Source: the human T2T-CHM13v2.0 reference genome, Homo sapiens
Assembly (NCBI RefSeq): GCF_009914755.1
Contig: NC_060935.1
Strand: one strand, 5' to 3'
DNA: 64,000 nt
A program made the position numbers and the translations under genes. The notes beneath the pieces were generated by a model. The model saw nothing but the letters and a program-made list of their open reading frames with translations, was not told the DNA's origin and did no database searches. This document shows, piece after piece, positions 47,253-61,794 of this stretch. How positions within the stretch are numbered: position 1 is the first letter of the stretch; each line of letters starts with the position of its first letter.

Positions 47253-50200
47253 TATAGTTTAATGGCATCACTGGGAGTAGAACTCAAGCTGCCTGCTTGC
47301 CAAAATTCATAGCTGCTACTCTGGACTTCAGGTATCCTTCTGTAACTGCTTTGGATCATTTAGCAGCTTTAGTTGCTCTTCATGAGTTGTCGTTGTAGCC
47401 TTTAAGCACCGCTTTCTTGTGAGACCACCCCAGCCTTCAGCTTTGTCTGGCACTTATAGGTAGCTGTGCTTAAATAGGTCTGTTATTTTTATTTTCTCTT
47501 TAGAACCTCTGGAATCAATCATTGGAAATAAAAATACAGCAAAAGCTGTAACATTTGCATATGAAACCATTAGTAAACTAGTAAACTGTAAAGACAAAAT
47601 GCCACTCTTACATACAAGCAATGTGTTTTCTAATAATTCAGTCAGAACTGTTGAAAGATAGGCCATGGATCCTATTTTTGAATGATTTTTACTTCAATGG
47701 AGTGAAAATCTGCTCTGTGTTGTGTCATCATTCTTAGTTCTGAAAGATGACTTGTACTGAAGGTGATAATATTTGCTATCACAGCTGAGAATAGAGAAAA
47801 ACAATTCATTATGAAGCTCTTTCATTCCCTTGAAATTCGAGTGCTTTATCTATATCGGATTATGAATTTAGATAACATAAACATGTCAAGATGTGGCTCT
47901 GGACTACTTCCAGAGATGGTACAGCATTACTCTAGGTTCCATTTACTACCAGCATGAACATTAGAAAGTTAAGAAAGAATTAAAGGAAGACTTTAGAAAA
48001 TCTATCTTGTTTTATTGTTGTTGACACATAATTAAGTTGGCATGGAATCCAGATGACTTAACCATAAATTTGTGTGATAGTTAAGAAAGAGGGAAACTGT
48101 AATCAGGCATCTGAGGAATAGTAGCCACAAGAATATTAACAAGTAACACTTGCTTAACTGGACCCTGCAGTAAGTTTACATGTATCGTCATATTATATGC
48201 TAATAATTAACTTCTGAAATCAGTGAGCTAGCATCATTTTTACAGATTACAAAACTAAGACTTAGAAGGGTCAAGTAATGTGTCCAGAACCCTGCAGCTT
48301 GCAAACAGCAGCCCTGGGACTCTTACCCCAAGGTCTTTGTTACTCTTTAAACTTTATGCTTTTTAACTATTCAGCTGTGTTGCTACCTATTTCAAGCCAT
48401 CAGACGTTCTTTTACAGGAGGGTAACTCTGAAGCAGTGAATTAAAACGTGGAGGATGATCACAAGAGTAAAGGGTTTTGAAGAACAGATGACAAATAATG
48501 GAGATTTTTCATGTTTCCAGAACAAGGTCATTGATCTCTAATAAATTAAGAATAAATTAAATGTTGTGGTTAGTAGTATAGTTTAAGACTCCATACTAAT
48601 ACCACTTATTCCTGAATGTTCATTGCATAGCTAGATATGTACATATACTAGTGCCAGAATCCATTTTTCCATAGCTATGGCCATTTAAGAGTCTAAAGTA
48701 AGAGCCAGAGACTGGTCTGGCTCACATGGTCCTTAATGAAATTTTACTAAGATCAGAAATGTCATCTTGAGGACAAGGGACTCAGTATCTGGTGCCTAAT
48801 TCTGAAATGGATGTTGTGAATGAAGCTTATTTATATGAGAGGATAAAAGATCCTTTTCATGACAACCCTTTTTCCTTCTAGTTTCAGCCCTTCTACTGTC
48901 ACAACCAGGTTTATTATTAAAATGGAAGCCAACCTGTTGCTATAGAACATTTGCCTATCATTTGGAGATGTCTGCCTGGGGAGGTGTCTGTTCTTACTCT
49001 CATGAGCTTATAACATCTAGTGACATTTAGCTCAGTATCTTGGTGTTTGGGCTCTCTTTATATCCAGCATCGAAAATGAGACAAGTATTCAGAATTACAT
49101 AAATCTGATCTATTTTCATGCTTCCTTTTGGGGATTTTTTTAAAAACCATATGGTGTTGGAGAGGTGGGTTGGTTATTAGGTTGATGGTGAGTAGGTAGA
49201 GATTGGGGTTGAGGAGCAGGGAGCAGTTTGGTGCCAGTGGAATCAGGGAGTCTGATAGGATTAAGTTATAAACTGCAAAGGGCAATGGTCTATATCTCTT
49301 TTGCCCATTATATGTATGCAGAGCCTACCATGTGGCTCGGTAAATATTCAAAGGATTTAACTAGTGAATCAGTGTTTCCACATCAATTTGTTTTTCTCAT
49401 TCTTTGTATCCTTGTTATAGTTGTTACAGATTTATACATAGAAGTCCACTTTTTAATGTCGTTCAAGCAAAACTCTGTAAAATAGGTAACAGATCGGAGA
49501 ACCTTGTTGTGTTAAGTTCCTGGGAAGGATTTAGGTTTACTGGAATTTTGTTCTTGGAGGGCAGGGGATATCTTTGGGACTTAACCATTCTCATGATCTT
49601 TCTCTTGCTTACTTTTGTTAAGCCAGTTTTCTTTTTTGAAAAATAGGTTATTCTAACACTGAAGTAAAGATGCATGTCCCCTTCTTCCTTATGTGATAGC
49701 TGGGGAGTCAATTCCTTACCAAACTGACACAGTTGCCTGAGAATCACGCAAAGGAATATACTTTCATAACCTCCCAAAAATGAGTCTTATTTTCAAATTA
49801 CAAATTTTCAAGTATCACCCTAGAATGAAAAAGTTTAAATTAGTAGTCATGACTGCTCATGAAATTCATGTTTCATGGTAGTTTCTTTTCTGGAAGCTAA
49901 GGACCTATAGTGTGTGAGAATCCAAAAGAAGTATAATATCTATAAAGGTAGTATTTTATACCTTGAAATTTGATTTTCTGTTTTTCTGTCCCTTGTGAAT
50001 TTGATTTTCATTATTGAATTTCGTGCTCCCCTTATACTTAATCATTTGTAGCATGGCAGAACTAAAGATAACATTTTGCCTTCTTTTTTTGTAGCATAAA
50101 ATAGTTTTTGGTACCAGTATGTCCTCAAAAATAAAATAGGAAAAATAAAGCATTTAAGGCATTTGAGCCACACCTAATTAAAAGGGGAGGAGGACTTCAA

Positions 50201-51169
50201 TTACTGAATCTAATAAGATTCACTTATACTTTTCTCCTGAAGTAATTGTACTCCAGCCTTTTATCTTTGTTTTGTCATATGTCATAAACCGTCTTTAGAA
50301 AATTATTTTTTTCCTACTCCCACAAAGAATATATTCATTTTCTAACTTTTGAATTATGATAAATCTACTTCCAGTTCTTTCGCTTCTGTCTTGATGTTTA
50401 CTCTTGGCTCTTTTCAGAGTACTAATAAAGCTTTTTCAGATAAGAAAGAAACGTTTTCTAATGATTCACTTCAAATTATTTTCTTTTAGTTTCACTCAGT
50501 ATTAAAAGTTTGTCATTAGTGCATTTGTTTCATGTCTTGGTAACATTCACTTCATGTTGTAAAAGTCTTTGGATGTCTCTTGTCCGTCTGAAAATTTTGG
50601 TAGAAAATTTAAAAGGGAAAATTATCTCATTTGCATGCACATGTAAATTCTGATAGCCAATTTAAAGCTGAAATTTAAAATATCTTTTAATGACTATAAT
50701 GAATTAATATTGGAATTCAGTAAAAGTAGAAAATTGTCCATTTTTTTCTGCTGTGATTAAAATGACTAAATGGAAAACCCCAGCATGGTTATGTTTGCTT
50801 TAGTAGAAAGGATTTTTCTGATGTGAATATGTCGAAGTTATTCTTTGCAACTTTGAAGTGCCATTTTCAGACACTGATGTGTTGGAGGAAGATCAGTTGT
50901 TGAATAATTACAACAAAAATTTGCATGGCTTTTAAATATGGTCAATTATCTGTTTCTTCTGCACAGAAGACTGGCAAAATTAATTGAGTAATGTTGTAAA
51001 ATGCTGTCAGAAAAAAAAATGCTATCAGGATGAAAAGACCTGTATGGTAGCAGATTATAATGATGAAAGAATTGGCAACATTTGTCTAAAACATATTGAT
51101 ACGGATACAAATACTATGTACGAACCTACAAAGTGAAGTCAATGTTCCAGTGGAGGAGTATGAAGTGTA

Positions 51170-51400
51170 GTGGTGTGCTAGATTTGAGAGAGTGAGGACT
51201 TCGGCTCCCCAGGCCCAGTTTAGTCCCAAGTCCATCACTTACTATGTGTGACATCAGGCAAGTTACTTAGTTACTTTGATCTTCCATTTTTCATCTATAG
51301 AATGGGAATAGTAATACCTTTATAAGTTCTGTTACATAGATTTAAAAAGATAACCAAATTGTTATATGAAATGCATAGCACATTGTTGATACTTAATAAT
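51170..51400. mobile_element. MIR SINE remnant (further MIR-like pieces at about 20420-20590, 37480-37660, 48170-48370, 57400-57540, 58040-58190)
   Basis: atcacttactatgtgtgacatcaggcaagttactt...ttttcatctatagaatgggaatagtaatacc is the MIR core. Confidence 0.7.
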
Positions 51401-52550
51401 TCTGAACTACTTCTGTTGGTAAGAAAATAACAGTAATGTGCTAATGGACAAAGAAATTTTTATGAAAGTACAATTTTATTCCTCTCTGTAGTTCCTTGAT
51501 ATATAGCTATAGTCTTAATGTAAGCAACAAAACACTCAAAAGTCATTGTGATCTTCGTAGAATAACATAAAATATAGTTATATTCCATTTTAGTGTCTAA
51601 CACAGGAAAACTGCATGGGGGGTGGGGTGGAAAGAGAAGGGAGATAAAGCTACAAATACATGTATCCACAAGCTAAAGCCAGCTCAAATGAAGTGTTAGT
51701 TATGATCAGTTATATCATATTTTTTCTTTAATCTTGTTTTGCTTCTTTCATATATTTTGTAGTCTGCTAATCCTCAAAATCAGTAATTGGTGCCAACTTA
51801 ATTTAGGCACAGATTGTTTAGAAACTGCCATCCATTAACTTATTTTTCCCCAAAAGTTGGGGAAGCATTGAGATTATTTTAATTTCGTGGCAGAACGTCT
51901 CTTATAATCTCATTAGAGAACCAATTCAGGGATAAAGTTTGATAATCACTATTGCATTAATTGGCTGCTTGCTAAAATAATACTAGTTATTATTTTCTTC
52001 TGTTTTTAAAGTCACATCTGTTAATGTTTAACCCCTGAATGTTAACATTTTTATTTTTATTAGAATGTATCGCAAAAAGCACTAGATTTGGCACATGAAG
52101 ACCCGGGTTTGAGATCAGTCATTTTCTAAAGAAGCTCTTTGATAATAAGCAAGCCAAAAGCTTTCTGAGTTTTTCTTTTTTCTCCTTTCCATTTCCTTCC
52201 ATTGAACTTGTTTCTAGAAATTCCAAGTAATCTCTAGAATGTGTCTCTTGTATAATTGTACATTATGTTTTACCTGTCCTGTTAGTGTGTGTTTTATTTG
52301 AAAGTCAGTACTAACCATTGCATAGCCAGAGTAAGTGATATAGAACTGGGATTTGATTCCAGATCTGTCTGACACATTCTTAATGATTCATGAATACTTG
52401 TGCCAATCCCATAGTAGTAGTCAGTAAATATTTGTTGAAAAATGAATGTCATATATTAGTTAGCTTTAGGAAATAAAACTGTAATGAATGTGTAGTCTGT
52501 TTTATACCTAATTATATGCTGCTAATTTTTCTCCTCTTCCTTGTCTCCAG

Positions 52551-52607
52551 GAGAAAAGACTGAAAGAAAGGGAAGCCAGAAGAGAAGCCAACAAGAGACA
52601 AGCAAAG
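52551..52607 (+). CDS. DDX10: DDX10 internal coding exon (probably exon 16), 57 nt, phase 0-0: EKRLKEREARREANKRQAK
   Basis: ctaat branch point, long pyrimidine tract ttttctcctcttccttgtctccAG, donor AAG|gtaagg at 52608. Continues ...KAKHR/EKRLKE... of DDX10. Confidence 0.93.
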
Positions 52608-55600
52608 GTAAGGGTTTATATACATTTATTTTTCCAAGCTCTATTAAGGTAGAATGGACAAAAGCATTTTATATTTTGGCAAGAACAATGCTTATAATGT
52701 TAAAATGGAATTTAAATCCTCTTCTTTTCAACATGGATTTTATATATTATTTGTATATCATGATATTCCAATCGGATTCAAGCCCATGTGGCCTTCTATT
52801 CACTTTCTTGTATTCCTCTGGTGCAGGACGAAAAATCCCTAAGATAATTTGTTACTGGGCTTGGCCCCATTTACTCCACCACTTTTTTCCATATATTTTG
52901 CATCTATTAAATACAAAAGGCAGTTGACTCTGTGGGCCAGGCCTGATAGGATTTTCATCTGTATCATCTTCAGGTAGACAGCCTGTGTGAACCCAACCTC
53001 ATAACAGGTAACTCTGAAAGCATCAGTTCAGCTCTTAGAATCTAGGAGAAAAGCATTCTGTATCTCCCACTTTTACTATATTCTGTAACAGATACTTTTC
53101 AGCAAATACATATGTACAGTTTTCCTCAAGTATGTATGTACAATTATAAACACTGTCCATGTGCAGCCATGATTTTTATCTAATGTGTTTGTCACTGAGA
53201 AGTGTTCAGCTTCTGCATTCTGAGAACATTTAGTAGAAATGATTTCCTAGAACTAGGGCCCAATAACATATGTCATTTCTCATGCTGTATCTCATTGTGC
53301 TGTTTCTGACTAGCCATGATTTCTTCTTGGCAGTTAGCAAAGCTCCAACTCCCTTGAGGAAGCCTATAATATTCTTCGTCATTTTTTTTCCATGCTGGCC
53401 ATAGCACTTAAGAGAGCAAGTCAGAGATGATAACTCATGCTATAGTTCTGAAGTGGGAAGCAATTATTTAATACTGAATATAAGCAGAAAAGACTGCTTA
53501 TATTAAATATAAGCAGTATTAAATATCACTCTGTCTTCAAAGGTGCCCAAAAACGAGAGCTCCAGTGTGTGCAGCCTGACTGCTAAATAAGGTGGAGGCT
53601 TCTGCATATGCTTTAACGTGCAGGCGTGAAACACCATGGCAGAACCACCACTAGATCTCAGAGGCTGTAGTGGGAAAGATTTAAATTTAACAAGAAAATC
53701 TTAAATCTAATAAAAGCATTTGATATTTATGAATATTGCATGTTCAGCATAAAATAAGCCCATTTTATTTCACTAAGAAGCTCTCATTTCTGCATATATA
53801 AATGTAAAATGAAAGATATAATCTAGAGCCAAAGAAAGCCCTGTTACTGTATTTCCTTTGTGTTTATTCATGCATATTTGTATATATATTACTAAATATG
53901 GTTTATTTTTTATACTTATTGATGGTGTATGCTCGATTTTTTTTTTTCATAATGGTTTAAGCTGTAAGAAATTGCTATCACCCTTGAGCTATCCTCCTGG
54001 AAACCTCTTCTTTTATTCCCCCATAAATTGGTGTGTATATTTGGTTTTAATACTGTGTCTGCTGGGGAAATGAAAAAATGATAAAGTTGTCACAATCAGG
54101 CATTTTCACTGGGGGTTGATCTCTGAAGTGAACTCCTTATGCCAAACTCTTCCTTCCATTTCCCACTCCCCTTCTGTGTTTGTCCTGTGTGTTTGTTTCC
54201 TGACATCTAAAAAAGGAGGAAGATTTTTCTTGTCAAGGGAAGGTCTCATTTCTATGTAACCACTAAGCATCGGACTAAGAACAGAAAGAAGAGCTGACAT
54301 GGCTTTGCAACTCAGCCAGGAGCTTTAAATAGACAGAGGCTGTGTTTTATTATTGCTCTGAATAGTTTAGCTACCTCCATTTCACAGCCCTTTTCTGAGT
54401 GCTCAGAGATGGTAGCCCTTTTGTAAGAGTGATATTACCAGAGGGATCAGTGGCTGGTCTGCAGCCAGGACTCAAACATTCCTCAAGACACTGAGGACTG
54501 CCTGCAGTGACAGGTTCAGGCTGACTGACAGAGCCCAAGGAATGAGCTCAAACCAACCTTTTGCACCCAGCTTCCTTTCAAATGAAAGTGACAGGGGTTG
54601 AAGGCTCTCATGGCTTTTGAGGTACCTTTTGGAAGCAGACCCAGAAGAGATTATTTGGAAACACTTGGTAAAGGGGTGATGGCACAAATTTCTGTGATAT
54701 GTAAGGAGAAATATTATGTAAATTATCAGGTTTCTCTCAGTGCATGTGCTTTAAATGACAGATGTGACTTAGTTTTTGAGTAAACTTTGTCTTCTCGTTG
54801 ATCCTCTTATGTAAACCTAATCATTGTGTTACTTAGGATATTGCCTTCTGAATCACTTTAGTCAGATTCCAGGTAGAGCTTCCCTTTGATCCCTGAACCT
54901 ACAAGCTATCCAGAAGATATTTTAATGGTCAAAGAAGGTGGTACTTGCAGACTTAATTTACCAGGAAATGTAGTCATAGCTGTTTATAGCTATTTTAAGC
55001 AATCACTGCATAGAAACTGAAAGTGTAAGAAAGGGAGGACTCACGTAGCTGTCTTTCTACCTTGTTTTGTGTTTCATGCAGCAAACATCATTTTATTATA
55101 CAAGGAAGGATATAAAGGACACAGTATTTTTTTTTTTAATTTTGGGGAAAGTGCTTGAATGAAGTTTCATGGAATTATCTTTATTTCCCAGAAAAGAGAA
55201 AACTTAATGATAATGTGAATTTTCAATTTTAGAAATGAATCTTCTCTGGCATATTGAAAGTACTTCTAAGAAAAATTGCTTTAAAGTGTGAGTAGGATAA
55301 ACTAAAGTTGGAATGGACCTCTCAGGAATCTGATATGACTTTTTGTTAAAAGATAGATCTAAGTTCTGCCTAGATTATATTATGTGCAGAATTGGGAATG
55401 GAAGATAAATACGAAGCTGAAACTGTTACGAAGGTTTGCTGGGTACCTAATAGTGGTTTGGGAAATATAGGTCTTTTGGGTATCAAAACTTTCTTTAGCA
55501 GAGAAGTACTTGAATTGCACAATAGAATTGTTTTTACTTTAGCTAACAAGATGTCGTATATTCTTATGACCTACAGATTTTAAACTAAGATCTAGAAAAA

Positions 55601-55767
55601 TACTTGTAGCAATGATCAATAGACCACATTGCTTTTTGAGTTCAGGTAGGTTACATAATCCTGGAATACAGCTTTACCTCATTATCTAGCTAAATTTCCT
55701 TTTGCTTTGAGGGTCACAAGTGCTAGTAGGAATCCCTGGTCGCTGGAATGATTTTGTATAAATGTAA

Positions 55768-56158
<391 letters not shown>

Positions 56159-56547
56159 AAAAGTATGATTTATTAAACAAAAGTCTGAGGCTGATGAAAT
56201 TGAACACTGACTATGAAGGAACAAAGAGTAGGAAAGAGCTCAAACACTTAAAATAGTTAAAAGTTGCTTTGACTATATTAAAAATGATGATTATAGTTCG
56301 TATTTTTAAGGTGTGGGGAAAATATGTCATACATTTTGAGGTTGAAGTTTTATAGATGTACATTTTCACTTGTTTTTATTTTTTGGTTTGTACTGTGTTT
56401 TTATTTATACTTAACAAATAGTGGTTTTAGGTAATAGTTTCTTGAATACCTAAGGTAATCTCTGTACAACAGAAAAGTAGTGTTGAAGTTAGAGCTCTCA
56501 GAATAGGAGGTCTGAAGAAGTAGTAGTTAATTAATTTTAAAACTCTA

Positions 56548-56897
56548 GGCCGGGCATGGTGGCTCATGCGTGTAATCCCAGCACTTTGGGAGGCCGAGAT
56601 GGGTGGATCACCTGCGGTGAGGGGTTCAAGACCAGCCTGGCCAACATGGCAAAACCCTGTCTCTACTAAAAATACAGAAATTAGCCAGGCATGGTGGTAC
56701 CCGTCTATAATCCCAGCATACTCGGGAGGGTGAGGCAGAAGAATCACTTTAACCTGGGAGGTGGAGGCTGCAGTGAGCCGAGATTACGCCACTGCAGTCC
56801 AGCCTGGGTGACAGAGCGAGACTCTGTCTCAAACAAAACAAACAAACAAAAAAAACCACCAAAAAAAACAAAAAACAAAAAACAAAACAAAAAAAAA
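56548..56897 (+). mobile_element. AluS with A/C-rich tail
   Basis: Full dimer, head-to-head with the preceding Alu (about 390-nt spacer). Confidence 0.9.
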
Positions 56898-59800
56898 CCC
56901 TTAAAAAACTAATGGACTTGAGAGATGCCCTGGACTGACTTTTTAATCTACTGGTCTTCAATGACTTTTTCTCTGACTCAACAGTAGTTTCATAAAGCAA
57001 AGCTAACTTTATTCATTTGATATTTTGTTCTTCCTACTTTTTTGGTGCTAAAATATCCTTTCATTTATGAAATAATACTGATAATTTTTTAAAAAGTCTT
57101 ATTATTTGACAAAGTAAAAACCCATTTCACCACTTTAAAATCTTTTTTGAGCTTTTTCTGATCCATGAAATTGAAGAGCGAGTGTGGCAGCCACTGATCT
57201 ACTCCAATGGTTTTCAGTATTATATTGAGTGACCTATGGACTCTCCTCTCCACCCCCCACCACCCCCGCGTGAGAATATTATTTGGGCAAGGCTCTAGGG
57301 TTCCATTTAGTCCTCATCCAGACCAGCTCAACTTTATTTTCCTCTTTACATTTTGAACTTCCAGGGAATATTTTATTTGAAATATTGTTTTCCTTAAATG
57401 TATACATACATAGCTACATAGCTAATACTTTTAAAGTACCCAAATAAGTTAGGGCTGAAAGCAAGTGAATGACTTGCCTAATGTCATAGCTTCTTTGGTG
57501 GCAGAACTGGTATATGCCCCCAGGTTTCCTGAATCTTCATTCCCTGTTATTGTTTATTGTCCTATGCCCTTTCTGTATGTTGCTTTTTTTTCTTTTTCTA
57601 TGTAAAAACAAATCGCATCCATGATACATGATCTAACGACTAGTCATGGAAAATTACTAATAGCAAATACCTTTAGTAAGGAAAGAACTCTGGGCTGAGA
57701 TCTAGAAGGCAGGCTATGTCTTAAAGTTTCTGGGTGGCTGGGGACAAGCCATTTATCTTTCTGGGCCTGTTCTCAGCATGTGTAAAAGGTTACCCCTTTC
57801 ATGAAGATTTTTCTGACTCTCTCACATATTATGGGCTCCTGCTTTTGGAACTACTCCCGTGGTCCCCTGTCTAGAGCACCGCCAATAATTACAGTGCTGA
57901 TGTGGTTGCACTTCTCTCTCTCTTTGGCTCTGGCTCTTGTTTTCCTTTGTGTGCCTATCTCTCATCACAGTGCTTTGTTGGCTGAGGGCAGGCTTTCTGG
58001 CTCACAGTTGGCCATCTCCTCGCAAACAGTGCTGAGGTCACTCATATTATGATTTCTTATTTTGTAGACAAGGAAATTGAAGCTTAGGAAGTTGAAGTAA
58101 CTTTCCCAATAACATACAGCTAGGAAATGGCAGAGCCAGGATGCAAATCTGCTTTATATGACGCTGAAGCGTTGACTCTTAAGCATTAGGCCATAGGTCA
58201 TTTCCGAGGTAGTCAAGAATATTCAATTTGAGAGTCTTAAAAACTGAAGCAGAAGTTGCAAGTAAATATTTCTTCTCCTGAAATTGCTTTCCTTATCCAC
58301 AATTAGTTCTCTTTTATAGGTGGCTGCATTGAGAAACAGAATATTAAGAAGCAGAACAGAACCATAGGCGGATACAGAATATTGTGCATCTCCTATTAGT
58401 TACTATAAAATCTCACTGGAATCCCAGCAGCTTAATTTTTTCTTACAAATGAAATATTAGGAAACATTTACCATTATTTCCAGCCCAGGAAGACCTGTTA
58501 AACATACCATATTCTCATATCTTCTTGATTTTTAAATTTTATACATGTTTTCCCTCTGCCTAGGATATCTTCTCCTTCATTGCTTTTTCCTCTGAACTGT
58601 TTCCGTTTTGAAGCCTTTTCTGCCTCCTTCAGGCCGACTCATGACGTTCTTCCTTTCTGGACCACCGGACTTCGTGTACATTATTCTGCCGTGTTACTTG
58701 GTGATTGTCTCTCATCACTAGACTATAAACTCCTTGAGAGCAGCAGCTGAGTTTTTTTCATGGATGGCACATAATAAATGCTCTGTAGATATTTGAATCA
58801 GTGAAATGCAACTATATTCATTCTTAAAGTTAACACTTTACATGTTAATGCTATGTCAGTTATAAGATCCTTGAGGTCTAGCACCGGGGCCTGCAGAATA
58901 CAGTGAATTTCCATTCTGCCAGACTGGATGTATCTAACACACTCAGCCCTTTCCAAGTTCCTACTTCCCTTCTACCCCATCTTGTGTTAAACAAATCCGT
59001 GAATTTGTATTAAGATGATAGATTCTTAATATTAAAACAATGTAGTAAACTCTGTAGGCAATCAGAATCCCATTAGAATCCTTCACGCATGCCTTATTTG
59101 CGAAGAATTTAATAAATTCTTAAAGGATGAGTTGTCCTAAGATGTGCATATTGATTTTGCCTTTCTTCCTTCTTTTTATCTAACTTCGAGCTCCTCAAGT
59201 TGCATATGGAAAACTTGAGTGTATGGTACTGTATGGGTGGTAAAAGGCATACTCTAGGGTAATTTGATATGTTGATTTTCACCTTGCCTGTCAGCTTTGG
59301 AACTGAATGCCCATGGAAGTTGTGACTTCATTCTGTGATGCAGTTCCTTGCTCATAAATATTTGTTGATTGACCAAAAAAGTGGATCCTGCTAAAATGTC
59401 TTCATTGGCAGTATCATGGTGAATGTTGCATTTGATGCCATTGAACGTGAGTAGCCTGAATAATTGTGACCTTATTCAAATGTGGTTAGATTGTAGGAGA
59501 GCTAGCACTCAGATCCAGGTCGGATTGCACTCCTTGACTCTGACCACTGATGACTCTGCAGTGGGTGTTAAGGATGATCTTAAACCTGTTCAGGGCAGCC
59601 ATTAACTCTGAGAATAAGAGGAAATTTTTCAGGAAACAAGTCAAACCTTTTACACTTGGAGTATTAGACCAGATTAATTTAAGGCAGAATTTTAATGACT
59701 ATGTCAGAATGTGTTTATTCTAATACTTCTTAGAGAATTAATGTTTGGTGTTAGAGTCAGAATACTGTTTCTTTTATTAAACTTGCAAAATGTACTAACC

Positions 59801-60939
59801 AGATAAAACTTGAGGAAAACAGATTCATAATAAATTTGAGTAAGGTGTAAAAAAAAAAGGGCTGTGTGTGTACATATCCCTTTGTTTATGTTGTAGAAAA
59901 TAGTTGTATTATTAAGTGGTCTGATAGTCTGTTCAGTTGGGTGGTCATTTAGATCCTTTCCAATGAAACAGCCTAAACAGTAAATAAATCCAGGTGATGC
60001 CCTTTATACTTCATCATGGTTGATTCAGCTTAGGTGAAGTTAGAGATAATTTGACATTTATATGCTTGAGTTAGGGATTTATAGGCACATCTAGCAGAAC
60101 AAATTAACTGTATTTGAATCATTGTGGTCAGTTTCATTATGTGGCTGAGTCTGTGTTATTCCAGTGGTTACATGCTCTACTTTGTAGAGAACTGTGCCTG
60201 TGGGTATGTGTGGATGTGACCATCGTGATTGTGGAGACTGATACTTAGGATCATTTGCCTATATTTTTGTATGTATTAGCATTCATTAATGGTCTAAATG
60301 ATGGTTATTCTTTTGACTGTTAGTAGTCATTACTGGCTGTTGTAAGATTATACCATCATAATTTCTGATATAGTATACAAAAGTCTCTAAGTTGAAAAAA
60401 ACATGTAGATTCTTTCCTCCTTTCTTCTTCTTCTTGTTTTGTTTCATAACTCAGAATCCTGTTGCTTATGTGAAGAAAAAGAGGCAGGGCTAGAGAACTA
60501 TTATAAGACTTGATTTTAGTAATTCTCAGCCTATGGTACAAGAATCTGTGTGGGTTTTCCATGTTATTACTAGGAAATTCTAAAATTCTCAGCATTGACT
60601 ATACAGTGAATAAGTTATCTATACCATACATATATATTATCATAGCTTAAAAGTATGTAAAGGCTATATTAAGATTAACAAAATATGAACTTATTTGTTT
60701 TGCTAAATTCAGAGTACTTTTTTGTCTTGTATTTTCTTAAATGACATATACCACTGTAGAATTATCATCTTGTAAATAGTTTGATGTTAAACGTCTTCCT
60801 ATACTGAAAAAGATTGAGAACACTGCCATATGGTATGTAAGCAGAAACAGCCATACTCCTAACACTTAGTCAAAATTGAAGACAGTCAGTCGTAGGGAGG
60901 AAGAAAAGAGGAGGAAGATGGGGAGGAGGAAGCCACTAT

Positions 60940-61246
60940 TTTTTTTTTCTTTTTTCTTTTTTTTGTGAGACAGTCTCACTTCATCACCCAGGCTGGAGTG
61001 CAGTGGTGCGACCTCAGCTTACTGCAACCTCCGCCTCCCAGACTGAAGTGATTCTTGTGCCTTACCCTCCCAAGTAGCTGGGACTACAGGCACACGCCAC
61101 CTTGCCCAGCTAATTTTTCTATTTTTAGTAGAGACAGAGTTTTGCAATGTTGGCCAGGGTGGTCTTAAACTCCTGACCTCAAGTGATCTGCCCACCTTGG
61201 CCTATCAAAGTACTGGGATTGCAGGCATCAGCCACTGTGCCCGGCC
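60940..61246 (-). mobile_element. AluJb/Sz-like
   Basis: Reverse dimer; TSD gccactattt. Confidence 0.88.
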
Positions 61247-61371
61247 GCCACTATTTCTTAAAAGGAAGGGAAGGCTCCATTTCCTCCATATCTTAAAGGA
61301 GAAAAAAAGCCAGTGGGAAAAGGAAATAACAGAGATGGAACACAGAAAAAGAACAGACGTAAGTTTCCTAC

Positions 61372-61632
61372 TGTGCTAGTTGATACTACTGAGTGTCAAC
61401 TTGATTGGATTGAAGGATACAAAGTATTGATCCTGGGTGTGTCTGTGAGGGTGTTACCAAGAGAGATTAACATTTGAGTCAGTGGGCTAGGGAAGGCAAA
61501 TTCACCCTTAATCTAGTAGGCGCAATCTAATCAGCTGCCAGCGAATATAAAGCAGGCAGAAAAATGTGTAAAGGAGAGACTGGCCTAGCCTCCCAGGCTA
61601 CATCTCTCTCCCTTGCTGGATGCTTCCTGCCC
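61372..61632 (+). mobile_element. MLT2A (HERV-L) LTR, 5' part
   Basis: tgtg...actgagtgtcaacttgattggattgaaggatacaaagtattgatcctgggtgtgtctgtgagggtgtt matches the recalled MLT2A start; breaks off after ggatgcttcctgccc. Confidence 0.85.
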
Positions 61633-61779
61633 AGATAAATTACCTGTTGTGACTGCCCTGGACGTGCCTGCCTACCAGACACCTGATCTTGCAAGACCAT
61701 TATTAAAGTCTCACATTTGCTGTTCTTTGCACCTCTAAGTCCATTCTTGGCGTTTGGACGGGTGAGTGTGTTTCTCACA
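61633..61779 (+). mobile_element. 3' (R/U5-like) end of a different LTR, probably ERV1 class
   Basis: ATTAAA at 61702-07, a GT-rich U5-like stretch and terminal ...tttctcaCA. Not MLT2A sequence; family not identified. Confidence 0.55.
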
Positions 61780-61794
61780 GCAGCACTAAGTATC

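Noticed and set aside
47253-47470. GC-richer stretch after the CAGAC repeat as a third retrocopy
   Set aside because: No recognisable translation, poly(A) tail or TSD; could be an unrecognised repeat.
52541-52927. Longest ORF in the track (128 aa)
   Set aside because: Non-ATG start, overlaps the DDX10 exon in a different frame and runs into AT-rich intron; chance ORF.
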